Assembly (NCBI GenBank): GCA_001643675.2
Contig: LSRY02000005.1
Coordinates: forward strand, 1,240,001 to 1,304,000
DNA length: 64,000 bases
Reading direction: 5' to 3'
Source: Monocercomonoides exilis PA203
Taxonomy: Eukaryota; Protista; Preaxostyla
Shown here piece after piece: positions 13,997 through 24,798 of this stretch (position 1 is its first letter; each line of letters starts with the position of its first letter). The translations under genes were made by a program, and so were the position numbers. The notes beneath the pieces are model-generated. The model did no database searches. It was given only the letters and a program-made list of their open reading frames with translations, and was not told where the DNA came from.

Positions 13997-14122
13997 AAAA
14001 AATTAAATGATCAACGTGTGATCCAAACATATAACCTACGTCATTCTAAATTGATCCAAACTCAAAATATATTTAAATTCGAAATTTAACATTGTTTTGT
14101 GTTTCAGAGGAAGGGCAAGACC
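13997..14122. promoter_or_regulatory. Putative 126-bp bidirectional promoter (GRP94 / receptor-pseudokinase)
   Basis: Head-to-head ATGs at 13996 (-) and 14123 (+). Contains a TGATCCAAAC direct repeat at 14019 and 14052, plus ACGT cores. Confidence 0.45.
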
Positions 14123-17100
14123 ATGCTTTTCGCGAGTATTAGTGTCTTTATAATTATTTCCGCATTATTCTGCACAGGAGATATCGCTTGGAAAGGAGAT
14201 GAATCCAAAAAGAACGATTTGCAGAAATATGGCATTAGAAGGCTCGAAAGCATCTGCGCAACAAACAAAAATGTACATTCCTCGCACAATGTAAATGCAA
14301 TCAATGTGATGAAGTTTAATGAGCTGCAGGTTTTAGATTCATCAGACAGGTCGCCAAATACAGAAAAAAACTCAAAACGATTGCTGGTGGATGCAGAAAG
14401 GGAATTTGATCATAACTCTGTTGCTTTCGCACTCAATGATGGCAAGAATGAGTGGAGCTGGATTTGCAGCAGGATGATGGTTCTGAACTCGTCATTGGCC
14501 GTTAAACGAATAAAAATTAACCAAAAAACCACATCTGCCATTTCTGTGAGAAATGAATTATCCACATTATCTGTAAGCTATTGCATCATAAATGCGGTGA
14601 AAGAGACAGAACATTCTCCTTTTGACTGCGGAGAAGGAACGATAAGAATGACGAATATTTCATTCCAAAGGACTTTTCGGAAGCAGGCATGGCCATCTCT
14701 TGTCTCAGCAAGTTCCTGCGCACAACCTTTGACGGGAAGTGTTCATGTTTCGTGCTGCACATTTTCTTCGTTTTGTGCCTCGTTTGCGAATCCGTTCATT
14801 AGCAGTGTCGATTTGTCGTTTACCTCAGCTTCTTTTTGCAGCTTCCACAACATTTCTGTTAAGAGCAGCAGCAAGCATCCACTGCAAAAGCATTCTTTGC
14901 AGGAAAGCAAAATAGAAGGCTGCATGGTCGCTGATTGTGTTTGTCCATTTTATGGTGTTCTCATTTCTGGCTCTCGTGGTTGTGGTTTTGGCTCCTCTAA
15001 CACTTCTTTCATTCGTTCGAGAAACACCATTTCCCGTCAGAACTACACGAACAAGGCCCAATCATTTTCAGATGGAGAAATCAAATTTGAAGATTGCACT
15101 TTTACAAAATGCAGTGCCTCTCATGGTGGAGCAATATCTGTAAGCGAAAGTGCCAAGCTCACTGTTGACAAATGCACATTTTCCGAATGCACCGATACAT
15201 TTGATGGTTCATATGGTTATGGAGGTGCAATTTTTAGCAATGGAAGTGACTGCAACATCGAAAATTCATTGTTTAATTGTTGCAGAGGAGAGGGGAAAGG
15301 ATCAATCGGAGGAGCATTTGCTCATATTAAAAATGAATTTTCTTTGATAATTGGCTGTTCTTTTGAAAACTGTTCAGCAGCTTATGGAGGAAGCGTTGCA
15401 TGGTATGCTGATGGAAGTGGATCAATTTACAACACTGTATTCAAAGGAAGCAGAGCATTTAAATTTTATGCTGGAACTGTATTTCTACAGTATCCTAAAG
15501 TTGATTTTGTGATATCAAATTGTTATTTATTAAATGGAGATGCTCCACTGGGAGCAGGAGGATTTGATGTTTCCGATAATGATCACAACAAAAACGTCAA
15601 AATCCAATTTTGCTTGTTTGAGAACAATACAGTGAATAAATCGACACATGCAGCAGATATTTTTATTGGAAAGGGATTTAGTTTTGCTGATTCAACAGTT
15701 CAGATATTGCAGAGTTTTACACTTTCAACAGCCACAAGAAAAGTTGTGCAATGCGTTGAGTATGCAGAGAGATGCGGAGATAGAGCTGTTGCACATGACT
15801 CATATCTACCAACAGCTCAGCCAGAAATACACATCAGCAATTCTGGTAGAAATGTGGACACTTGTGGAGGAACAGGATCAGAGTGTCAAACAGTGGAATA
15901 TGGAGTGACAAGATGGAATTCATATTTGGGGCAGAATGTTTTGATATCGAGTGAAGAATTCAAAGAAGATATGATTGACATCGACTGGAGAAATATCGTT
16001 CTCAGCGGAGCAGAGAACAACTCAACTGCAATAAAGTGCAACGAAGCCTCGTCAAATGACTGCTTGATCTCCATCGGCAATGGTTCGCTGAATGCAAAGA
16101 GGATTCAATTTGTTTGTGTGTTCAATCGAACTGCGATTGCAGTCAGCTCCTCAGGCTCAGTTCAGTTGGGGCTGTGCAGTTTCACCAAAAGCGCCCAATC
16201 GACTCCGCCATCAACAAAATCCCTGATTCAGGTTGAAGAAGGCTCTTTAATGATGGAATTTGTGAATGTCTCTGGATTTGGATTTTCGCAAAGCTGTGCA
16301 ATTGCTTTGTCAGATTGCAAGACTATTTCTCTTTCCAATACTTCATTCTGGGATGTTGAGAGCGAGCAGAATGGCGGATGCCTGAATGCAGTGTGGAGCG
16401 AAGGGTTTGAGGATTGCTGCGATGCTTCAATAAGCGAATGCACTTTTGAGCATTGTGTTGTTTCTGGTGATGGGAATGGAGGTGGGGCGCTGTTCCTGTC
16501 GCTGCCAAACACATGCTCAGCAACAGTTTCGGAATGCTCCTTCGAAGAATGCGAGGCGCCTTTCGATTCGCAGGTTGGATTTGGGGGAGGGATCTTTCTG
16601 AATCTTGAGCACTCGGATGCAGCATTTGCCATCACAAATCCTTCTTTTTCATCAGGAAAGCCGAATAAAGCGAAGCATGGAAACAACTTGTTTGTTCAAT
16701 CTCCAGATCTGAAGAAATCGATCACAAACGAAACGCTTCCTTTTGCTTATGCGCTTGGGCATGGCTCCTTTGATGATTTATGCGGGTTCCATGGAAATGA
16801 TCACGAGCATTCAATTCCGTTGGTTCTGTTTCTGGAGGAAGTTGGAAGCACAGTCCATGTGGGAAGCGAGGATGGAGCTGATACTGTGGTATGTGGGTTC
16901 TTGGATTATCCGTGCCAGTCATTTGATTATTGCATGGAGAGGCTGGCAGAGGAAAATGCAAAAGCAATAGCTATCGTAAAATCAGCAACATTCAAAAGCG
17001 AAATGAATCTGCACAGCGTGAGCTTGAGATCATCAGATGATTTGCGAGCTGGAGTAACCTGTTTCAAGTCGCTGAATGCTGTGAGTGGAAAAGTGATGGA

Positions 17101-20100
17101 AGCCACGGGGAATGTGTCTATCGAATTAATCCACTTTTTGCTGCCATCTTCGTTCGATTCTGAGATAGAAACATTGATGTTCTTGACTTCCGAGAGCAAC
17201 CTGTCGCTGACAAAGTGTGCATTTGGGGTGCAAATGGGAGAGTCCAGCCAGATAAGTTATTGGCTGTTTCAGATGTGCGGAGGGATACTCAATATTGATG
17301 ACTGCCAAATTGATTCAGGTTGCCTCTGCCAAGCACCTATTGCAGTGAGCGAGAATGGTGCTGCTGCTCCGACAGTTATCTATCTGAAAGTGAAAGAAAT
17401 TATCCTTTGCGATTATCCTCTGATTCATGTGATATCATCATCACCATTCAAACTATTGAATGATGGTGCGACGAGTGACGAGGTTATCTCTCTTTCGCGA
17501 TGCTCTTTTGAAGGGATAACAAATGGCGATGCAAACAGCGCAGTGTTGATTTCGTCCTCAATTTCGAGCCATGTGGAGTGTTTGCATTGGAATGTCACGA
17601 ATGCCAAAGGCGCTGAGAGCATGGAAGGAGGCGCGATGAAAGTTGTTGTTGAAGCACAAGGGCAATTTAGGATGGAAAACGCCACATTCACGAAATGCTG
17701 CGCTGAGTGTGAAACAGGTGGGAAAGGAGGAGGGGTCTATTTCGACTGCTCGGCTTCCAATGCATTCTCCTTCCAGCAGATAGCCTTCGATCAGTGCTCT
17801 GCAAAACATGGGAAAAACATGTTCTTTCTTTCGTCAGACCTGAATGTTTCCATCACAAAGCAGACATTGGCGTTTGAAGTCAGCGAGACAGCGGGAGATA
17901 AAAATCTGTTTGTGGGAAACGACAGCACGAAGACAAACTTCGATCTTTGCCGATTTCTGATTGGATATGCTTCTCAAGAAATCCATCTCAGCAAGAACAG
18001 CGGGTGGGATGTTCTGCGGTGTGGGAGTGCAGAAGAGCCGTGTGCAACAATGGAGTTTGGGCAGAGCCATTTTCGTGCTTTGGAAGAGCCAGCGCAACCT
18101 CCCATGAACACTTTTCTGATCGCCGATGAAGCTCAGGTGAGCAGCGAGGTCGACATTTCAAACGTCACTGTGACTTCAGTTGATGCCAAGTCTCGCCCTG
18201 CCCTGACTTTCGGAGCGGTCATTTCACCTCAGATAGGAAAAGAAGAAGAAAGCGATTCTGTGCTGGTAAACACCGGTGCATGCACCCTTGTTAACATTGA
18301 GATCTGCTGCGGGGATGGATCTGAATGGAAGCAGACGAAGCTGATAAGCACAGCTGGCAGCGCTTTTGCAGCTCAAAGCTGCTCGTTTGCCAGCGCCTCT
18401 GAGGCAGCCATTCCTTATTGTGTTGTTGCCTGCTTGTCGGGAGCATGCGAAATATCATTCTGCTCGTTCCAATCTATTAAGTGCAAAAGTCACATTCTGA
18501 TGGCATCGCATGATAGCAACATTGACTTGACAAATGTCTCGATGAGCAACATGGAACTGATGGGCAAAAGCATTGTTGCAGTGTTGGCGCAGGCTGAGAG
18601 GAGAGGAGAGTCGCAGAGATTGAATGAAGGCAGCAGTCCAACAGTGCAACTGAAATGCTGCACGCTCCATTCGCTTCTCCAAAATGCACCATCTGAGCCG
18701 TCCATCATCAGCTGCACTGGCGGCGAGCCTTGCAGCGTGTCTGTGCAAAACACATCGATGAAGAACTGTGGAAGCAGCCAAAGCGAGAAAGGTGGAGGAA
18801 TGATCATGAGCCTGAGCGAAGGAGGCTTTTTCGAGTGCTGTTTTTCTGCTGTCTCGGAGTGTTTCTGCTCAGAAAGTGGAAGAGGAGGCGCAATATTCCT
18901 GGATTGCTCGTCAATCACGAGCGATGGTCCTTTGCCGTTCCTCTTGGAAAACACAACTTTTGTGAGCAACAAGGCGCTCGCAGGACGAGACCTGTATGTG
19001 AGATGCACAAATATCAAATCTCAAATCAGCATTGAACTCTTCCAGCTGGACTTCAGACCTCCGTTTGTTCGGGATCTTGCGATGTGGGGATGCACAGCAC
19101 AGAATTATTATGACGAGGAAGATTTGTTGGAGCTGATTGTTGGGTATCAGAGCGAGACAATATTTGCGTCTTCTTCAGCTGACAACGCCTCTGACACACG
19201 CCAGTGTGGGGCGATCAGCGGGCCATGTTCTTCGTTGAATGTTGCGTTGTCACACATCATTCCCTCTGCTTACAGCAATTTGCTCATCGAAAAAAGCGCC
19301 CTGGTGTCTGGCGAAGCAAGTGCGCGTGATGTGACGATCAAGTCGCTGGAGCAGGAAAGCGACAAAGGGGTGCTCCACCTGAACTGCTGCATCGAGAGCA
19401 AGACGGGCAGTCTCGTTGCGTGCTCGTCGAGAGTGAAAGTGGAGTTTCTGACGATTCTGTTTGGGAATGCTTTTTCTTCTTCTCATTCCAGCTTAATATC
19501 GCTTGCTGATGGCAACTTGTCGATTGCAGACACAATCTTTGCTCAAGAAGCTTCTGGTGGAAACTCTGGAATTGAACTGAATTGCTCGATTGTTGAAATG
19601 AGCGGTGGAAGATTGACGATGTCTGACTGCACTTTTGCTGGCCTCTGTTTCAGTTCTTCATGCCTGGCAGCAAGTTGTGGGGAATATTTCTCGTGTGCAT
19701 TTCTGAATTTCACAGATGTTATTTCTGGAGTGCTGATGGATTTCCACGATCTGGCAAAGCTGTCCATGCAGCAGGTGCATGCATCCAATTGCAGCGCTCA
19801 GCGATCAGGCCTCGTTCTTCGCAACTGCAAAGACTGCCAGCTCCAGAACATTCAGATGAGAGGCACTCGGAGCGGATCAAACATGATTGTGCTTTCCTCA
19901 GATGGTTCGGAAGGGCATTCAAACATCCAGGGCATTCATTTGGAATTCGATGATACTCGCGTTTTAAGTGAATCGTTGGTTTCTGTCGAATGTAAAGATT
20001 CAGATGTTGAGATGAATTTCTTGGCTATTTCAAACGCAGTGCTTGGGGATGGGTGCGCAGTGAGCGTGACATCGAATGCTTCGGCATTCCATTTGAAGCA

Positions 20101-22363
20101 GCCTTCATTCCAAAACATAACCCGAGATTCGCTGGGCCCGTGCTGCTTGGCTGCTTCATCTTCGTCTTCGTCTTCGTCTTTGTTGCTGGAATTGGAGAAC
20201 TGCTCGAACAAAAAGTGTGTTTCGCCATCTGAAAAGGGGAGCATTGCAGCGTTGGCAGATTTGGCAGATGCTTGCATGTCTTCGTGTGTGTTCGACGGAG
20301 CAACAAGCGCACCAGAGTTGAGAGCGAACGATGAGCGATCAGAAGAGCTGTGCCAGTGGAGCGGATCGATGGTTGATCTTCAGAATTGCACAGGAAGGAT
20401 AATGGACACGAGCATTGCCAACTCATCGAAAGGAGGGCTGTCTGTGTCAGGCGGAAGCATCTCCGTGCGATTTGGATTGTTTGCCAACAACAGCCCGAAT
20501 GCAGCAGGCTATCCATCCATGAGGAACAACATCGTCTGTTCAGACCATGCGCTGCTGAACATTCAAAGTCTGAAAGGCGGAGATGGCTTAAAAGAGAACT
20601 CATCACTTTGGGTATTGAACTTGGGATGCAGTCTTTCTGGAATTGCTTCAGAAAGAGCCTCTCCATTCTTCATTCCGCAGCTTCACTCAGTGAAGTCTCA
20701 TCAGCAAGGCAACACCCTTGCGATTGATCTTGCTGGCTCCTTGCTCCTGCCCTGTGGCTTGTCCCTCCAGGTTGATTCCTTCGATGGCTCGGTTCACAAT
20801 CTGCAGGTGTATCCGCTGCAAGCAGAAGAGTTTGCAGGCGAAACAGAGATTCACACAGCCATTCCAGCATCAATTGTTACAACTGCGTCTGATGCAACAG
20901 AAGTGTCTGTGAAGATATTATTTGGAATGGTCGAATCTCCAGCTTCAACACAGTCATTCGTTTTGAAGAATGCAAGTGAACCTCAAACAAGTGGAGATGA
21001 AAGGATCACAGAAGGAGGAAAAGAAAAGTCAATATGGCCAATAATTGTTATTGTAATGGGGATTGTTCTTTTTGTTGTCATTGCTGTTTCAATAATTGTT
21101 ACAATCCGATGGAGAAAGCAAAAGAGAAGAACTGAAGAACTGGAGATAATTGTGGAAGACACAGTAAAGAAAGATCCGAAGGCATTTGAGATGGTGACGA
21201 TGGAGATGTCACCAGAGGCGCAGTGGAGGAGAGCAGAAAGAGAGGCAGAGAAGAAGAATGAAAAGAGGATGAAGAAGAGAATATATGATACGAACATGCA
21301 GCACTCTGAGTCATCGGAGCATCTTCTCTCCGAGAGTGGCTCAACTGAATATATATTGGGAAGAGATTCAGACAAAATTCCTGATTGGGCATTAGAGAAG
21401 GATGAAGAAGAAGAGAATCAAAAGAGAACACCATCACCATCCATCTCATCCACTTCAACAACCGATTCAGATTCGACATTTGTTCGATCAGAGAGTTTGT
21501 GCCCAACCACCTCTTCTATGTCAAACCTTGTGGATGCAATGGCCTGTTCGTCTCCTCATGAAAAGCTGATTGTGGATCTGAGGGATTCGCTGTTTATGCT
21601 GCTTCATGGGAGGAATGAGAAGAAAGAGATGGCGATTGGCTCATTGAAGGAGAGGGAGCAGACTGCTGCTCAAGTTCTGTTCTGGGTGGCTAATCTCGCG
21701 CTTCACTCGTTTGATGAAATGGAAAATCCTCTTTCTTCACTTGCCAATCTCAGTCCTCACATTGTGTTGTTCTCTGAGCATATGGTGATTTGTATTGTGA
21801 TGCACTCTGACTTATTGTCAGATGATGATTCAGACTCGTCATCCATTTCATCGTCAACTGTTGTCACATCTGCCAGTGATGATAATGATGATAGAAACTC
21901 TCTGCCTTCTTCAGCGTTCGAGGATGATGAGGACAATCGATATGAGTGCATGCGGTGGAAGGCGCCTGAGCTGCAGATGAACAAGAAGATGGGAGCAACA
22001 AAAGAATCAGTGTCATTTTCGATCGGGATGATGCTGTGGGAGTGTCTGACCCTTCAAATCCCATTTGGAGAATACGAGGCAGAGGTGGCTGGGCAGAAAA
22101 TAGTCAATGGAGAAAGACCTTCACTGGAGATTATTAGAAGGAGTTCTAAGTTGGACATTGTGAAGACTTGCCTGGAACAGAATAGCCAGTGTCGAGGAAC
22201 ATTGACTGGATTGAAAAGAGAGTTAATTCAAGGATTTCCACCAGGAGCATTGATAATGACAATTTCGGATGCAATCACACTTGACCCAGACAGTGGGATT
22301 GAGAGTGAGAATGTTAAAGAAAATAGTTCTTTGTGCACAAACAGCGCAACAACTGCCAAATGA
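14123..22363 (+). CDS. Giant single-pass receptor-like protein (~2746 aa): signal peptide, beta-helix/PMP-like Cys-rich ectodomain, TM, TKL-type pseudokinase
   Basis: Uninterrupted ORF with N-terminal MLFASISVFIIISALFC, GGAI/FxxN motifs, repeated CGxxxxPCxT modules, TM, and MRWKAPEL..FSIGMMLWECLTLQIPF. No GxGxxG, VAIK, HRD or DFG motifs. Confidence 0.9.
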   Translation: MLFASISVFIIISALFCTGDIAWKGDESKKNDLQKYGIRRLESICATNKNVHSSHNVNAINVMKFNELQVLDSSDRSPNTEKNSKRLLVDAEREFDHNSVAFALNDGKNEWSWICSRMMVLNSSLAVKRIKINQKTTSAISVRNELSTLSVSYCIINAVKETEHSPFDCGEGTIRMTNISFQRTFRKQAWPSLVSASSCAQPLTGSVHVSCCTFSSFCASFANPFISSVDLSFTSASFCSFHNISVKSSSKHPLQKHSLQESKIEGCMVADCVCPFYGVLISGSRGCGFGSSNTSFIRSRNTISRQNYTNKAQSFSDGEIKFEDCTFTKCSASHGGAISVSESAKLTVDKCTFSECTDTFDGSYGYGGAIFSNGSDCNIENSLFNCCRGEGKGSIGGAFAHIKNEFSLIIGCSFENCSAAYGGSVAWYADGSGSIYNTVFKGSRAFKFYAGTVFLQYPKVDFVISNCYLLNGDAPLGAGGFDVSDNDHNKNVKIQFCLFENNTVNKSTHAADIFIGKGFSFADSTVQILQSFTLSTATRKVVQCVEYAERCGDRAVAHDSYLPTAQPEIHISNSGRNVDTCGGTGSECQTVEYGVTRWNSYLGQNVLISSEEFKEDMIDIDWRNIVLSGAENNSTAIKCNEASSNDCLISIGNGSLNAKRIQFVCVFNRTAIAVSSSGSVQLGLCSFTKSAQSTPPSTKSLIQVEEGSLMMEFVNVSGFGFSQSCAIALSDCKTISLSNTSFWDVESEQNGGCLNAVWSEGFEDCCDASISECTFEHCVVSGDGNGGGALFLSLPNTCSATVSECSFEECEAPFDSQVGFGGGIFLNLEHSDAAFAITNPSFSSGKPNKAKHGNNLFVQSPDLKKSITNETLPFAYALGHGSFDDLCGFHGNDHEHSIPLVLFLEEVGSTVHVGSEDGADTVVCGFLDYPCQSFDYCMERLAEENAKAIAIVKSATFKSEMNLHSVSLRSSDDLRAGVTCFKSLNAVSGKVMEATGNVSIELIHFLLPSSFDSEIETLMFLTSESNLSLTKCAFGVQMGESSQISYWLFQMCGGILNIDDCQIDSGCLCQAPIAVSENGAAAPTVIYLKVKEIILCDYPLIHVISSSPFKLLNDGATSDEVISLSRCSFEGITNGDANSAVLISSSISSHVECLHWNVTNAKGAESMEGGAMKVVVEAQGQFRMENATFTKCCAECETGGKGGGVYFDCSASNAFSFQQIAFDQCSAKHGKNMFFLSSDLNVSITKQTLAFEVSETAGDKNLFVGNDSTKTNFDLCRFLIGYASQEIHLSKNSGWDVLRCGSAEEPCATMEFGQSHFRALEEPAQPPMNTFLIADEAQVSSEVDISNVTVTSVDAKSRPALTFGAVISPQIGKEEESDSVLVNTGACTLVNIEICCGDGSEWKQTKLISTAGSAFAAQSCSFASASEAAIPYCVVACLSGACEISFCSFQSIKCKSHILMASHDSNIDLTNVSMSNMELMGKSIVAVLAQAERRGESQRLNEGSSPTVQLKCCTLHSLLQNAPSEPSIISCTGGEPCSVSVQNTSMKNCGSSQSEKGGGMIMSLSEGGFFECCFSAVSECFCSESGRGGAIFLDCSSITSDGPLPFLLENTTFVSNKALAGRDLYVRCTNIKSQISIELFQLDFRPPFVRDLAMWGCTAQNYYDEEDLLELIVGYQSETIFASSSADNASDTRQCGAISGPCSSLNVALSHIIPSAYSNLLIEKSALVSGEASARDVTIKSLEQESDKGVLHLNCCIESKTGSLVACSSRVKVEFLTILFGNAFSSSHSSLISLADGNLSIADTIFAQEASGGNSGIELNCSIVEMSGGRLTMSDCTFAGLCFSSSCLAASCGEYFSCAFLNFTDVISGVLMDFHDLAKLSMQQVHASNCSAQRSGLVLRNCKDCQLQNIQMRGTRSGSNMIVLSSDGSEGHSNIQGIHLEFDDTRVLSESLVSVECKDSDVEMNFLAISNAVLGDGCAVSVTSNASAFHLKQPSFQNITRDSLGPCCLAASSSSSSSSLLLELENCSNKKCVSPSEKGSIAALADLADACMSSCVFDGATSAPELRANDERSEELCQWSGSMVDLQNCTGRIMDTSIANSSKGGLSVSGGSISVRFGLFANNSPNAAGYPSMRNNIVCSDHALLNIQSLKGGDGLKENSSLWVLNLGCSLSGIASERASPFFIPQLHSVKSHQQGNTLAIDLAGSLLLPCGLSLQVDSFDGSVHNLQVYPLQAEEFAGETEIHTAIPASIVTTASDATEVSVKILFGMVESPASTQSFVLKNASEPQTSGDERITEGGKEKSIWPIIVIVMGIVLFVVIAVSIIVTIRWRKQKRRTEELEIIVEDTVKKDPKAFEMVTMEMSPEAQWRRAEREAEKKNEKRMKKRIYDTNMQHSESSEHLLSESGSTEYILGRDSDKIPDWALEKDEEEENQKRTPSPSISSTSTTDSDSTFVRSESLCPTTSSMSNLVDAMACSSPHEKLIVDLRDSLFMLLHGRNEKKEMAIGSLKEREQTAAQVLFWVANLALHSFDEMENPLSSLANLSPHIVLFSEHMVICIVMHSDLLSDDDSDSSSISSSTVVTSASDDNDDRNSLPSSAFEDDEDNRYECMRWKAPELQMNKKMGATKESVSFSIGMMLWECLTLQIPFGEYEAEVAGQKIVNGERPSLEIIRRSSKLDIVKTCLEQNSQCRGTLTGLKRELIQGFPPGALIMTISDAITLDPDSGIESENVKENSSLCTNSATTAK
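20977..21615 (+). repeat. Second copy of the ~639-bp identical TM/juxtamembrane tract
   Basis: Matches 8059-8697. Confidence 0.9.
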
Positions 22364-23287
22364 AAAGAAGACGCAAACAATTATTTCAGAGAGAGAAAGA
22401 GAAAGAAAAAGAGGAAGAGAGAAAGTGGAAAATCAGAAAAAAAGAATGAATAATTTAGAGAGGAAGTGTGTGAATAATGAGAAATTTTTTTCGTGAATGG
22501 CTGACACCATCGATCACCACTATTTCTTTCTTTCTTTTGATTTATGGTATCATTTGAAATGTTTTTGATTTAAAAGGGTGATGCACACATTGGGAATTCT
22601 TCTTTTGTTTAAAGCTGAAGCTTTGAGTTTGTTTAATATTCTTTTAAAAATAGTTAAATTGTACTTTTGTGGCATTTGTTTCTTCTGAAGTCTGGCTTCG
22701 TATTGGTTTTTATAATTTGTCACAAAATTTACAACCATTTTTCTGTTATTCATGTTTGAAGCATTTGCCATTACAAGTATATGTATTAAGAAAATTCATT
22801 TTGTGTTTTAGCCTTACCATTTTATATCTTATTATTGGTTCGTGTGATATTCAATGTTTTATATTTTGCGTTTTATATGTAATTCCATTGTAATTTTTTG
22901 AGTTTATATTATCAGCAACCAGCTTTTTCAAGCATTGTTTTTATATATTCAATTCTTCTTTGCACTTGTTGCTCACGCTTTGAGTATTTTTTATAGAATC
23001 TTCATTTGCTTTGAATCCGCATCCTTTTCAATTTATTGATAAATTTTCAACAAAGAAACAGTTTTTAAATTGACTTTTATACAATTCATCAAAAATTATT
23101 CATATTCGAGTGTTGCGAATGAATTAAAATGTTTGGAAACACAATCGTAAAGAAAACATCTTTCAGGACACAATTGATGATGTTTGTTCTTTGATCAAAA
23201 ATCAAATTTGGTTATTGATGGAGTTTGTTTCTCTACAAAAAATTTCTGATGCAATATTTTTTGTATTGAATAAATAGAGAATTAATT

Positions 23288-23742
23288 CAGTCTAAACTGG
23301 ATATGATCGCATCGAGTTTTGCACGACTTTTTGTGACTATATCCGATTGTGATTATAAGCGATGTGACTTTACACAAAAAAAAAACAAAAATTGATTTAT
23401 TAATTAATTAATATTTGGTCAATTTTTTATTTTTGATAATTCAACACTAAAACACGTTTTTCAATAGAAACAACAATTTTGATCATTAATGTTCCTTTTT
23501 TTTTTTTGACTTATTTAAACACAATTTTGATAAATCAAATATTTGTAATTTTTGATCAAAAAAACGATTTTTCAATGAAAAACGAACCAATAATGAGACA
23601 AAATGTGATTATATATATTTGGCCCTGTGACAATACGCGATGGAAAAATGAATGAAAAATAGATCAAATATGTCAATGCATAAAAAATGTGAAAACAAAC
23701 GAATGTGATTGTATTCGATGTGAATATTTCCGGTTTTGACAG
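23288..23742 (+). mobile_element. pogo/Tc1-mariner-type MITE, degenerate copy
   Basis: Starts CAGTCTAAACTGGATATGATCGCATCG and ends CGGTTTTGACAG followed by TA. Collinear and similar along its length to 55062-55510. Confidence 0.8.
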
Positions 23743-23974
23743 TAATTTCCCATATTAACGTGATCAAAGAAAAAACTTCTCAAAGTTAGTTCAATAATCA
23801 TTAGGGTCATTAGTTTTTTTCAATTGCTGAAAAAAAGAAAAGATTTGAAAATCATTATTGAAAACATCTGAATAATTTCTTGAAATGAAATGAATGTTTG
23901 TTTTCTCTCAAATCGAAAGTCAAAAGGAAATTTCCCGCTGAAGATATAAACATCTGTCTTAATTTTTTTGCAAA

Positions 23975-24198
23975 GTTCTTTTTGTTTAATTTTATAATAA
24001 AGAAAAAATTTCATATTTCAATCAAATTTATGTTCCAACGAACGAAACTTCACTTAAATGGAAATAATAACATTGTCAAGATTTTGTCTTCATTACAGCA
24101 AAATTTGGTAAGTGGAAATAGAAATTTGATCGAAATATGAAATTTTTATTCTATTTGAAAATTAAACAAAAGGAACTTTTAATAAAAATTTAGACATA
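23975..24198 (+). repeat. Dispersed AT-rich repeat homologous to ~54795-55026 (boundaries approximate)
   Basis: Shared blocks, e.g. TGAAATTTTTATT.TATTTGAAAATT..ACAAAAGGAACTTTT and AAACTT.ACT.AAATGGA. Confidence 0.6.
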
Positions 24199-24798
24199 TT
24201 TTGCAATAATTGGAATCAATGTTCTTTTGCTTCTATTTGGAACAATTTGAATTAGTATTTTTGCTTCCTCTTTATCGCATCTTTTCTCAATAGCTCCAAA
24301 AATCCATATTTGTTTCTTCCTCCTTACTCTTTTGTACTTCCTCCTTCTCCATATTGCCTCATCAATTTGAACAATAACTCCTTCACCACCTAGAGAAATA
24401 TTTTGTTTGTTGATTAGTTCTGTTGCAACTGTTCTTATTACACTCCCCCAATATCCTATTGAAGATTTCGTAACATCTGTGATCAGTTTGATTTGAGTAA
24501 CTGATAAACCTATCCATATCATCAAAATAATAAGAAGAATTTGGTTCAATTTCAGATGAGATCAGAAAAAAACTGTGTTCTTGAATGCTGAACGTTTGAT
24601 TGAGCACTTTTTTCATTTGAAAAATTTGACATATGTTGATTTTTTACATATGATCATTTTTCGAGCGCATTTTGGACAAGTCGCATTTTGATTATACATC
24701 ACTTTCTCGTAGAACCATTTCCAGGTTGAATGAAAGTCAAAAAATATTCGAAACATTGATGAAATAGATTCCTTTTTGCATTTATCTGGTTCGATCAT
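24190..24798 (-). pseudogene. Merlin/IS1595 (ISXO2-like) DDE transposase remnant, frameshifted and 3'-truncated
   Basis: LGGEGVIVQIDEAIWRRRKYKR...WIFGAIEK...IVPNRSKRTLIPIIAKYV signature, and an upstream CPKC Zn-ribbon fragment in another frame. Confidence 0.85.

Noticed and set aside
22550-23250. Short ORFs or possible degraded gene downstream of the receptor
   Set aside because: Frequent stops and no recognisable motif.
23802-23810. TAGGGTCAT matching the terminus of the 9780 foldback element, possibly a Merlin TIR
   Set aside because: Only 9 bp match, with no partner ATGACCC or TSD found on the other side of the transposase.
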